Shown here: piece after piece, positions 49,301 to 57,110 of the stretch
Position numbering within the stretch: position 1 is the stretch's first letter
Layout of the letters: each line of letters starts with the position of its first letter
Assembly: GCA_016871495.1 (NCBI GenBank)
Contig: VHDF01000020.1
Span: 1-64,000 of the forward strand
Length of the DNA: 64,000 nucleotides
Reading direction: 5' to 3'
Source of the DNA: Verrucomicrobiota bacterium
GTDB taxonomy: Bacteria > Verrucomicrobiota > Verrucomicrobiia > Limisphaerales > VHDF01
Translations under genes and position numbers: made by a program
The notes under the pieces: model-generated
Databases searched by the model: none
What the model saw: only the letters and a program-made list of their open reading frames with translations
What the model was told of the DNA's origin: nothing

Positions 49301-49809
49301 GCGGTGGGGGCAAGCAGAACCCAGCTCGCGTTGGGGTGGAGGCGTTGCAACTGGTCGAGCATTTGATGGAGATGCGTACGGAACGTTTCCAGGCCGGAGA
49401 CTCCGGCAAAGGATTCGTTTCCCCCGAAGGCGAGGAAGACCACCTGCGCGGGCCAGCGGGCGAGCATGGCTCGAAGATGATCCGCGTAGCCTTCCGCCCG
49501 GAGGCGGTGGCCGACTTCATCTCCCGTCCAGGCGAGAGAACGAAAGCGGAGCTTCAGGGCCGGGTTTGCGAGGTGGAAGAGCGACTGCAGCTCGCCGTTT
49601 TCGAGCAAACATTCGACCAGTGCGCCTCCGTAGAAAACGAGAGTGTCCTGGGGTTGGAGGGCGATCCGGGGACTCGCGGTCGCTGGCCCCAAGGGGGCGG
49701 GTTGCCGGCTGGATTCCTTTTGGGCATCGTTGTCCGCCGCTTGGCCGCAAAGGAAGATGGACGTCAACATCGCGCCGAGGAGGGGCAGGAAATGGAAGCG
49801 ATGGTGCAT
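46357..49809 (-). CDS. Large secreted multidomain protein: SGNH/GDSL-hydrolase-like N-terminus, beta-propeller (glucose/sorbosone-dehydrogenase-like), HEAT-like repeats, and a C-terminal azurin-like cupredoxin domain
   Basis: Signal peptide MHHRFHFLPLLGAMLTSIFLCGQA. The C-terminus (HNWVLV...YPFLCTFPGHWRLMRGVLIV) reproduces the azurin type-1 copper ligand set (His, Cys-x2-PGH-x3-Met). The start was trimmed from 49962 to the ATG at 49809. Confidence 0.7.
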   Translation of the reverse strand: MHHRFHFLPLLGAMLTSIFLCGQAADNDAQKESSRQPAPLGPATASPRIALQPQDTLVFYGGALVECLLENGELQSLFHLANPALKLRFRSLAWTGDEVGHRLRAEGYADHLRAMLARWPAQVVFLAFGGNESFAGVSGLETFRTHLHQMLDQLQRLHPNASWVLLAPTALEPGWTGPDASTRNADLARYSQVLAQTAEQRRALFIDLFRASQTAYSSSPSKLTLNGLHLNDAGNRRMARVIAESCLDTVLLRRIAPERLDEVRPAAARLAHFVAETVRPKNGILYYGQRKRPEERDAEMPLYFRRIDLAEALVHELSVNPSTRFSNAPPILLAPPPVPPSGGSTHSVGVVKSASEAQAEFTVAPDYRVNLFASDEEFPDLRAPVQIAFDARGRLWVVTMPSFPHTIPGQPQLDKLLVLEDTNRDGKADRSTVFAEGFDALDGIAFTSEGVLVSEQSRHWLLEDTDGDGRADRRHERLRGLDLTDSHHGGMIATDPVGNVWFSDGVFHRSQFETPWGVVRGVDATTYRLNPRSNRIESEWQSITPNPWKITFDRTGNIFQMYGDGLVLDGLALTWTPLGIYHPFAHAKILGYGKGSAAASISSPNFPPEYQQGIASAACVGPYLVSMTQFDLNQGMARARGRLDLVSSTNAAFRPVDVEFGFDGALYVSDFSSAIIGHAQHPMRDSRWNHVKGRIWRITHQGRPVVTNWPRILGGSVSDLLELLGHPQDLVRKHARLELRRQGRAVIADVEAWAARHLDEDQSVLEALFVLESFHETRPALLDRLQRSASPHHRAAAVRLARYQFDRIPQLVERLHTMAGDTHPRVQMEVVDAVAHLRPGHPEVEHALHALRPTQTDVLRMLEDLKQGTKPAKGRSVPVLETSPDTRVRYWQFLGEEARRPPVTIDTSDSSGERLGPGVFRTLVRSESAQPAILSTKHSFLDVRVNGETVLSHDSQWSSEQQAQFELKPGLNLLEIEYRKLQGRPPPAYLFDPVGQRLATVTLPGQTADLAAMASSWTETQLAGGGALTVRAAAGLQFSPKELRVKAGAKVRLVFENPDLMVHNWVLVQAGAGEEVGALADRMAADPQGMAKAYVPDSPQILAATPLVNPKGRAELRFEAPRNPGSYPFLCTFPGHWRLMRGVLIVTSEE

Positions 49810-49977
49810 GCGGAAGACCGTATCCGCGTCCGTGGCGGGGGGGCAAGCCGGCGGATGGTGAGCGTGGGAGATCGTTGGGATGGATGGCCTGGTGAGGGAT
49901 GCCGCGGGTTTGGCCGGAGGCCGGGGCGCGGCACGACTTTCGGCCGGGGACTGGAGAGGCAACCCCGAACTGCGGAT

Positions 49978-50111
49978 CCGTGCATCCCGATGTTGTTGGT
50001 AGGGCGGGCCTGTCCCAGCCCGCCGCCCACGGGATGCAAAACATCATGCTCCGGCGGCGCGCCGGGACGGACGCGCCCTACCTGCATCACCGGCAACATC
50101 GGGATGCACCG
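49978..50111 (+). mobile_element. 134-bp MITE, copy C
   Basis: TIRs ccgtgcatcccgatgttg ... caacatcgggatgcaccg (17 of 18 bp complementary). Perfect 9-bp direct repeat actgcggat on both flanks (49969-49977 and 50112-50120). Confidence 0.8.
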
Positions 50112-50174
50112 ACTGCGGATCAGGGACAAACGCGGGGGTTGTCGAGGCGGGCTTTGTTCTGTAGAATGCAAAGC

Positions 50175-50804
50175 ATGAAACGCATCCTGCTTTCCCTTGT
50201 GGCCGCGCTTGCCGCGGTTTCCTTCATTGACGCCGCCTCGAACGAGGAAGGATTTGTCTCCATCTTCGACGGCAAGACATTCAACGGCTGGAAGATGGCG
50301 AATGAGAATCAAAAGACGTGGCGGATTGAGGACGGCGCCATGGTGACGCGGGGTGAGCGTTGTCACGTGTTTTACGTGGGGGACGAAAAGCCGTTCAAGA
50401 ATTTCGAGCTCAAGATCGATGTCATGACCGAGCCCGGATCGAATGGGGGGATTTACTTTCACACTCGTTACCAGGAAACCGGCTGGCCGAAACAGGGTTT
50501 TGAGTGCCAGGTCAACGTGAGCCAGGGCGACTGGAAAAAGACCGGCAGTCTTTACGATGTGGTGAATCTGGCGAGCACTCCGGCCAAGGATCGTCAGTGG
50601 TGGACGCAGCACATCACGGTGAAAGGAAACAAGGTCACGGTTCGCATCGACGGCCAGATTGTTCTTGAATACACGGAGCCCAAGGGGGCCGTGGCCGGAA
50701 CGGATTTTACGCGGAAATTGAACGAGGGCACGTTTGCCTTGCAGGCGCACGACCCGAAGAGCGTGGTGCATTTCAAGAATATTCGCGTCAAGCGGCTCGA
50801 TTGA
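50175..50804 (+). CDS. DUF1080 (3-keto-disaccharide hydrolase-like, LamG/jelly-roll) domain protein, secreted
   Basis: Signal peptide MKRILLSLVAALAAVSF, and FDGKTFNGWK...WRIEDGAMV...FELKIDVM...NGGIYFHTR, the DUF1080 pattern. Confidence 0.75.
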   Translation: MKRILLSLVAALAAVSFIDAASNEEGFVSIFDGKTFNGWKMANENQKTWRIEDGAMVTRGERCHVFYVGDEKPFKNFELKIDVMTEPGSNGGIYFHTRYQETGWPKQGFECQVNVSQGDWKKTGSLYDVVNLASTPAKDRQWWTQHITVKGNKVTVRIDGQIVLEYTEPKGAVAGTDFTRKLNEGTFALQAHDPKSVVHFKNIRVKRLD

Positions 50805-51018
50805 CGAGTCGTTCCAAGCTGGCATGAAGCCCGAGCCACGCCGTGTGGCCCGGGCTTTTTTGCGTCAGGCATCGAAGAGGAGAGCCGGGTTGGAGGCGGT
50901 CCATTTGCACCGCAAGCTGTCTGTGGTAATACGACAACCCGGTCACCGACAGCCTGTAGATGCACCGGGTTGGAGGCCGACCTCCATCAATGGCTTTCTT
51001 TTCCCCGAGAGCTGAGGT

Positions 51019-53118
51019 ATGGCTGGCGATATGGGAAATCGAGAAAACAGTCTGAAACGCTGGGCGTCGGTTCTGATGAGTGTGGTTTTGGCTTTGTCGG
51101 CATTGGTTTCCATCGAAACTTTTGGAGCCACGATCGACGTCACCAAGACGCAGATCAAGCTGGCGACACCGGAACAGGTGCGGGACGCCTTTCGCCGCGG
51201 GCTTTTCATTCCGGTGACGGAAGGAGGTTCGACCCTGCTGGCGGCTCAAACGAATGCGCCCATCAAAGGCACGCTGGCTGTTGCGCTCGCGACTCTTGGG
51301 GCTTTCGACAAGGCGGAGCCCCTCCTGAAATCCGCGGAGGCGGCCAAGGAACCTCAGGCTAGACTGCATCGCATCTTGTTCGAGGCGTTGATCGCTGAGA
51401 AGGCGGGGAAAGTGGATGCGCTGACCAACGCCTGCATGCGGGCGATTCGCGAGGATTTTCGACACCCGGTGGCGTATTATTTGCTGGCGAAATCGGCTCT
51501 GGATCGGAAGGAGTTCGCCCGAGCGGAAAAGCACGCCAACGAAGCCCTGGCTTTCGAGCCCCAGATGGCGCCCTCCATGTTTCTGCTTGGCATCGCGCGG
51601 CATGGATTGAACAAGCGGGAAGAAGCGGCCCAGGACCTTGCGAAAGCGATGCAGATGGATCCGCTGGACGCTCGCCCGCGCCTGGCCTTGGGCACCCTTT
51701 ACGCTGAGGCGGGAGCCCATGCGCAAGCGGTCGGATTGTTTCGGGAAGTGGCTACGATGAACCCCACGATGTTCATTGCCAGAGAGCGCCTCGGCCTTTC
51801 GCTCTTGGAACTGGGGCGGACCGACGAGGCGGTGGCGACCGCGCAGGAGGTGTTGCAGTCGCAACCGCAATCGATTCAAGCCCGCTACACGCTGGCGCTC
51901 GCCCAACTAAGGGCCGGAAAGATCGAGGAGGCCGAGCGGGAATTGAAACTGTTCACCGAAGCTGCTCCGAACGCATCGGAAGGCTATTATTTGACGGGAT
52001 TGGCCAAGGCCTTGCGAAATCGTCCCCAAGAGGCGCACGCGAGCCTGGCCAAGGCACTTCCTCTGGCGGCCCAGCGCAGCGGGGTGCTCAGCGCCATGGC
52101 CACCTTTCACCATCTGGCGGGAGATCTCGACGAGGCGGCAAAAGGTTTTCAGGAGGCTTTGCCGGGAGCCCAACCGGGGATGACGGACCGCATTCATTTT
52201 CAGCTCGGATTGCTGGCGTTGGATCGCAAGGACTGGAAAAAGGCGCACGAATGGTTTCAAAAAAGCACGAAGTTCGTTTCAAATTTTCGAAGCGACTTGC
52301 TCGATTACCCGAGTCTCTTTCAGGCGGCTCCGGCGAAGAGCCTGGGTTCCTCCAGCCTGGGCTGCCTGCTGCTGGCGGACCGTTTTTTGGTGGCATCCCG
52401 GGATTCCTTCAAGAAGTCGTTGCAGTCTCACCCCCGGGACGCGGTGGCTCTGTTGCTGGGCGCGAGCGCGTCGGCGCGAATGGGCGACAGTCCGCAAGCC
52501 CTGGAATGGCTTGCGAAGCTCGCCGCGTTGCAGCCCAATTACTGGCCCGCGCACTATGCCTTGGGGGACCTTTATCTGAACCGGCGGGATTGGGAGAAAT
52601 CGGAGGCTTCCTTGAAACGCACGATCGAACTCGACCCCCTGAACGAGGCGTCCTATCTCCGATTGCTCGGCATTTATCGCGAGAAGAAACAGCATGATCA
52701 AGCCGACGCGACGGCCCGCCAAATGATGGCGAAAATGCCGTCCAATCCCCTGGGGTTCAATGAAATGGCGGCTTTGCTGGCAGACCGGAAAGAAAAGCTC
52801 GACGAAGCTTTGACGCTCGCCAAGAAGGCCCTTTCGATGGAAATGAAGAATGGCTATTTCCTCGATACCCTGGGCTGGGTGCATTACCAGCGAGGCGAGT
52901 TTACGCAGGCGGAAAAGACGTTGCGGGAAGCTGTGGCCGCTCTGCCGCGGCATCCTGAAGTGCGACTGCACCTTGGCTTGGTTCTTTTCAAGAATCAAAA
53001 GCTGGAGGAATCCGGAACTCACTTGCAGCAAGTGCTGAGCTTGGCGCCCGGTTCAAGCTTGGCCAAAGAGGCCCAAGATTTGTTACCCAAGACGGTAAAA
53101 CTTGGAGGCACGCCGTAG
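51019..53118 (+). CDS. TPR-repeat protein (secreted or membrane-anchored)
   Basis: Multiple TPR-like helical repeats (AxxxLxxAL.., YYLxGLA.., ...). N-terminal hydrophobic segment. SD-like 'gaggt' sequence 6 nt upstream. Confidence 0.75.
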   Translation: MAGDMGNRENSLKRWASVLMSVVLALSALVSIETFGATIDVTKTQIKLATPEQVRDAFRRGLFIPVTEGGSTLLAAQTNAPIKGTLAVALATLGAFDKAEPLLKSAEAAKEPQARLHRILFEALIAEKAGKVDALTNACMRAIREDFRHPVAYYLLAKSALDRKEFARAEKHANEALAFEPQMAPSMFLLGIARHGLNKREEAAQDLAKAMQMDPLDARPRLALGTLYAEAGAHAQAVGLFREVATMNPTMFIARERLGLSLLELGRTDEAVATAQEVLQSQPQSIQARYTLALAQLRAGKIEEAERELKLFTEAAPNASEGYYLTGLAKALRNRPQEAHASLAKALPLAAQRSGVLSAMATFHHLAGDLDEAAKGFQEALPGAQPGMTDRIHFQLGLLALDRKDWKKAHEWFQKSTKFVSNFRSDLLDYPSLFQAAPAKSLGSSSLGCLLLADRFLVASRDSFKKSLQSHPRDAVALLLGASASARMGDSPQALEWLAKLAALQPNYWPAHYALGDLYLNRRDWEKSEASLKRTIELDPLNEASYLRLLGIYREKKQHDQADATARQMMAKMPSNPLGFNEMAALLADRKEKLDEALTLAKKALSMEMKNGYFLDTLGWVHYQRGEFTQAEKTLREAVAALPRHPEVRLHLGLVLFKNQKLEESGTHLQQVLSLAPGSSLAKEAQDLLPKTVKLGGTP

Positions 53119-53247
53119 GCCGTTGCCTGATGGTTGCTCCTCATCCGAGTTTCGCAAGACCCCGTGTCATTTGGGACGACCGCGTGCGGACGCTGAGAGA
53201 CTGACCAGGTGGGAGTCTTCGCGGGCATTCTCATCGTGCCTTGTTTT

Positions 53248-53550
53248 ATGGGGACCGTGCCCTGGCTGCGAGCTACGAAGGATGGCGTGATCTTGCATGT
53301 GAAAGCCGTGCCTCGTGCCCACCGGACCGAGGTGGCCGGTGTGGCCGGGTCCGAGTTGCGCATCCGGGTGGCCGCGCCGCCGGTGGATCAAGCCGCCAAT
53401 CGATCGTTGCGCGATGGGTTGGCCGAATGGCTGGGCATCCCGAAAGCCGCCGTGACGCTGATCCGGGGGAACACTTCCGCGCACAAGCAATTCCTCGTGG
53501 TTGGGATCTCAATGCAAACCGCTGCGGAAAAGCTGCGAACCCGCCGGTAA
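53248..53550 (+). CDS. DUF167 (YggU family) protein
   Basis: GVILHVKAVPRAHRTEVAGV...LRIRVAAPPVDQAANRSL...LIRGNTSAHK matches YggU/DUF167. Confidence 0.6.
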   Translation: MGTVPWLRATKDGVILHVKAVPRAHRTEVAGVAGSELRIRVAAPPVDQAANRSLRDGLAEWLGIPKAAVTLIRGNTSAHKQFLVVGISMQTAAEKLRTRR

Positions 53551-53582
53551 GCGGCAACCAGGGTTGTTTCTTCCATCACCCC

Positions 53583-53600
53583 TCGCGAACGTTCGCGAGC
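53583..53600. promoter_or_regulatory. 18-bp perfect palindrome ctcgcgaacgttcgcgag between the DUF167 gene and the ECF sigma gene (possible operator or weak terminator)
   Basis: Perfect dyad symmetry. Lies 33 bp after the stop at 53550 and 128 bp before the sigma start at 53728. Confidence 0.3.
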
Positions 53601-53727
53601 CGAAACCCGTGCCGTCGGATGACGAGGCACCGTCGATGGGAGTATATTCTCAAGAATTTCGTCTAAGAAATCGAAGGCGGGCGTGTCATGAAGGTATGGC
53701 ACGGTTGATCTTCAAGACACGAACACG

Positions 53728-54339
53728 TTGAAAGACATCGAAATGGTTCTTGGATCCATGCCCGAGCCTGACCCACCCGAGTCCTGTTCGCACCTAGCAC
53801 GGGAAGAAGGGCCGGACCGTGATCCCATCGAGGCCGTGTTTGCGGTGATGGAATCGCCGCTCTTGTCCTACGCGTGGCGTTGGACCCACGACCGGACTCA
53901 GGCGGAAGACTTGGTGCAGGAAGCGTTCATGAGATTGCATCGACAATTCAGCGCGGTGAAAGAACCCCGGCGATGGCTGTTTCGAACGGTGCATCATCTG
54001 GCTCTGAATCTGGCCCGGGACTCCGCCAAGATAGTGCCTTTTGAGGCGCCGAATCGTTCGGAGGAATCGGGCTGGGGCGGACAGGATGCGGTGGCCGATC
54101 CCGGCCCGCTTCCGGATGAAGCTCTTGCTCAATGGGAAAAGAAACGCCGGATAAGGTTGCTGGTCGATTCCCTCGAAGCGCGCAGCCGCGAATTGGTGAA
54201 ACTGAAGTTCGAGGACGGACTCTCCTATCAGGCGATGGCGGAGCGAACGGGGCTGACCTCGGGCCACGTCGGTTACCTGTTGCACCACGCCCTCAAAAGT
54301 CTTGGAGAAAAAGTGCGTCAGGAAGGCATCACGCCATGA
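53728..54339 (+). CDS. ECF-type RNA polymerase sigma-70 factor
   Basis: Region 2 (LVQEAFMRLHRQF..., RWLFRTVHHLALN) and region 4 HTH (LVKLKFEDGLSYQAMAERTGLTSGHVGYLLHHALKSL). Confidence 0.8.
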   Translation: MKDIEMVLGSMPEPDPPESCSHLAREEGPDRDPIEAVFAVMESPLLSYAWRWTHDRTQAEDLVQEAFMRLHRQFSAVKEPRRWLFRTVHHLALNLARDSAKIVPFEAPNRSEESGWGGQDAVADPGPLPDEALAQWEKKRRIRLLVDSLEARSRELVKLKFEDGLSYQAMAERTGLTSGHVGYLLHHALKSLGEKVRQEGITP

Positions 54340-57110
54340 ATGAAAACCCCACATTCCGAGATTCCAAGGAAGCGAAGATAACCGCCCATATTTTGGGGGA
54401 ACTGGGACCGGAGGAGGCGTCCGAACTCACCGCGGAAATGGCCAAGCATCCCGAGCTTGGAGCGGCTCGCGCCTCCCTCGAGGCGACGGTCGCTGTGTTG
54501 CGGGGTCTGAAAGCGAATACCACGATGGGAAGCCGCGACTCCGGCGAGGCCCTTGAGCTTCCCAATGAGAAACGCCAGCGATTACTCGCGGCCTTTCGGG
54601 TCAGCCGTCCGGCAGCGTTCGCGGATCGTTGGAAGCGCTGGAGGATCGCACCCACTCAGGAGTGGTTGAAGGTGGCGGCCATGATCACGGCTCTCTTGGC
54701 GCTCTCCGCTTCGCTCTTCCAGAGCTATCGCTGGGCTTCCCAGTCGCCCCTGGGATCACCCGAGCTTGTCGCAGGCAATCCCGGTGTAGTGTTATGGGAT
54801 GTGGCCCCTGAGTCCGAGGCCAAAACCTCGCCGTCGTTAGAAAACTTAGTCAGGGAGAATATCCCCGCGACGACTCGATCGATTCGAGGTCGGGGTGCAA
54901 GCCTGCCAAGCGGACAAGCTGGAGGTTCAGTCCCATCCTGGAACTTTCTCCCGCAAGCCTCCACGGAGGATTTCTACAAGTCACCCGCATCCGCTGCACC
55001 GATGCTCGCCAGTCCCGGAGCGACGAAGGGGCTGGACGTTGCGGATGGGGAGAATGCGCCGGTGCTCGGTCCGGTGGTGAGTTTGAGTCGAAACTTGCGG
55101 GCGGCGACTTCGGCGCCCGCGAAAGTGTCTTCCGACGCTCCGGTATCCGCGCCGCTCACACTGGTGCCGCCCGCGCCCGCGCAGGCCGCGCCCAGGCCGG
55201 TCCTTCAGGCTTTGGAAAGGAAAGTTCCTCAACCGGCCATGGATCCTCGGATGATGGCAAGGTACGGACTCGTGCCGCGCCCACCTTCAGGAGAAGCGGA
55301 CAAGGACCGGACCCTGGGCCGAAACCCGGGTGCGGTTTCGAGAGTGGCGGAATTGAACGAATCACTCCAAGAGCGTGAAATGGTGGATCAACTTTCCGAC
55401 CTGAAGGCCGATGGAAGCAGAAACACGGACAAGGCGGAGGTTTTCGCGTTCACGGGGGATGAGTTGGCGGCAGACAGGAGTGATGCGGCGGGTGCGAAGA
55501 CAGAGCAAGAATCCCGAGGGAATGACGCGAGAGTTCCTTCGGTCAGTGATGGATTCGCTTTGGCTCAAGCCGGGTCTGCTTCCAGGGAGAATCCTGATGA
55601 ACTGCGCCGGCAAGAGGTGAGGGGTGCCGCGCGGTTGACGGAGTTGGGACTCGCAGCCAAGGAGAAGGCGCTGTCGGAAGAGGGGTTAGGGAAGAAGCTC
55701 GCTCTTGAGGGTCAAACTGGGTTGAACCGGGATTTGAAAGAGGGCGGCTCGCCTCGTTCGATTGTTGCGGTTCAACCCGAGAAGTCCCCCGCGACCGATC
55801 CTTTTTCGACCTTCTCGCTCCATGTTTCCGATGTTTCATTCAAACTGGCTCAGGCCTCCCTGCGAGATGGAGCGTTGCCTGATCCCGCCTCCATCAGGAG
55901 CGAAGAGTTCATCAACGCGATGGATTACCGAGACCCCGAACCTCGATCAGGCCAGCCTCTCGGTTTCGTCTGGGAGCAGGCTCGATATCCCTTCGCGCAC
56001 CATCGCGACGCTCTGCGATTCAGCGTCAAGACGGCCGCCGCGGGTCGCACTGCTGCTCAGCCTTTGAACCTGGTGCTGCTGCTGGATAATTCGGGTTCGA
56101 TGGAGCGTGCGGATCGGGTGCGGATTCGAAGGGAATGCCTCCGCGTGCTGGTGGAACAACTGCGTCCCATCGACCGCATCAGCGTGCTGGCTTTTGCGCG
56201 CACCACGCGACTGGTGGCAGACGCCTTGCCGGGTGATCAAGCGGGCGGCCTCCCAGCGAGTTTTGCCGAACTTGTGCCCGAAGGGGGGACCAACTTGGAG
56301 GAGGCGCTGAAACAAGGTTACCGGCAGGCCCGGGCCCGGTTCAACCCGCAGGGCGGCAATCGCGTCGTCTTGTTGACCGATGGAGCGGCCAACCTGGGTG
56401 AAGCCAATCCGGAGGCGCTGCGCCAGATGGTCGAACATCATCGCCGCGGGGGCGTGGCGCTGGATTGCTTCGGCATCGGCTGGGACGGGCTGGACGACGC
56501 TTTCCTGGAGGCCCTTTCCCGCAATGGAGATGGACGGTACGGTTTTGTGAATAGTCCGGAAGCCGCGGCGACGGAATTCGCGGCCCAATTGGCGGGAGCT
56601 CTGAGGGTCGCTGCCTCTGACGTCAAAGTGCAAGTGGAGTTCAATCCACGCCGCGTTCGGACTTACCGGCAGGTGGGCTATGCCCGTCATCAGCTCACGA
56701 AGGATCAGTTTCGGGACAATACCGTGGACGCGGCGGAGCTTGCGGCCGCGGAGTCGGGAAACGCGATTTATCTCGTTGAGACCGATCCGCAGGGAGAAGG
56801 ACTTCTGGCGACGGTGCGGGCTCGATTCAAGGTGCCTGGCACCTCCGATTATCGCGAGCAATCATGGCCCGTTCCCTACCGGGGTCCGGCACCCGCGTTG
56901 GACAAGGCCTCTCCCTCCCTTCGACTGGCCCTGGCCGCGTCGGCCTTTTCGGAGTGGCTCGCGCAAAGTCCGTTCGCGGCCGAGGTCAACCTGGAATTTT
57001 TGACGCGGACGGTGGACGCATTGAAACCGAGCTTTCCCTACGACCAGCGCCCGCAAGAATTGCAACAGATGATTCAACAAGCCCTGTCGATCCAGGGATC
57101 CAAACCATGA
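54336..57110 (+). CDS. Anti-sigma factor (N-terminal cytoplasmic domain + single TM) fused to a periplasmic vWA domain with a DUF3520-like C-terminus (YfbK-like)
   Basis: The start ATG overlaps the sigma gene's stop (ATGA). N-terminus AHILGELGPEEASELTAEMAKHPELGAA is an anti-sigma domain. TM segment VAAMITALLALSASLF. vWA MIDAS motif LVLLLDNSGSM...LLTDGAAN. Confidence 0.7.
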   Translation: MNENPTFRDSKEAKITAHILGELGPEEASELTAEMAKHPELGAARASLEATVAVLRGLKANTTMGSRDSGEALELPNEKRQRLLAAFRVSRPAAFADRWKRWRIAPTQEWLKVAAMITALLALSASLFQSYRWASQSPLGSPELVAGNPGVVLWDVAPESEAKTSPSLENLVRENIPATTRSIRGRGASLPSGQAGGSVPSWNFLPQASTEDFYKSPASAAPMLASPGATKGLDVADGENAPVLGPVVSLSRNLRAATSAPAKVSSDAPVSAPLTLVPPAPAQAAPRPVLQALERKVPQPAMDPRMMARYGLVPRPPSGEADKDRTLGRNPGAVSRVAELNESLQEREMVDQLSDLKADGSRNTDKAEVFAFTGDELAADRSDAAGAKTEQESRGNDARVPSVSDGFALAQAGSASRENPDELRRQEVRGAARLTELGLAAKEKALSEEGLGKKLALEGQTGLNRDLKEGGSPRSIVAVQPEKSPATDPFSTFSLHVSDVSFKLAQASLRDGALPDPASIRSEEFINAMDYRDPEPRSGQPLGFVWEQARYPFAHHRDALRFSVKTAAAGRTAAQPLNLVLLLDNSGSMERADRVRIRRECLRVLVEQLRPIDRISVLAFARTTRLVADALPGDQAGGLPASFAELVPEGGTNLEEALKQGYRQARARFNPQGGNRVVLLTDGAANLGEANPEALRQMVEHHRRGGVALDCFGIGWDGLDDAFLEALSRNGDGRYGFVNSPEAAATEFAAQLAGALRVAASDVKVQVEFNPRRVRTYRQVGYARHQLTKDQFRDNTVDAAELAAAESGNAIYLVETDPQGEGLLATVRARFKVPGTSDYREQSWPVPYRGPAPALDKASPSLRLALAASAFSEWLAQSPFAAEVNLEFLTRTVDALKPSFPYDQRPQELQQMIQQALSIQGSKP

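Noticed and set aside
53640-53727. Possible sigma-54 (-24/-12) promoter at 'tggcacggttgatcttc' upstream of the ECF sigma gene
   Set aside because: The spacing does not fit TGGCAC-N5-TTGC: the -12 GC element is missing at the required position.
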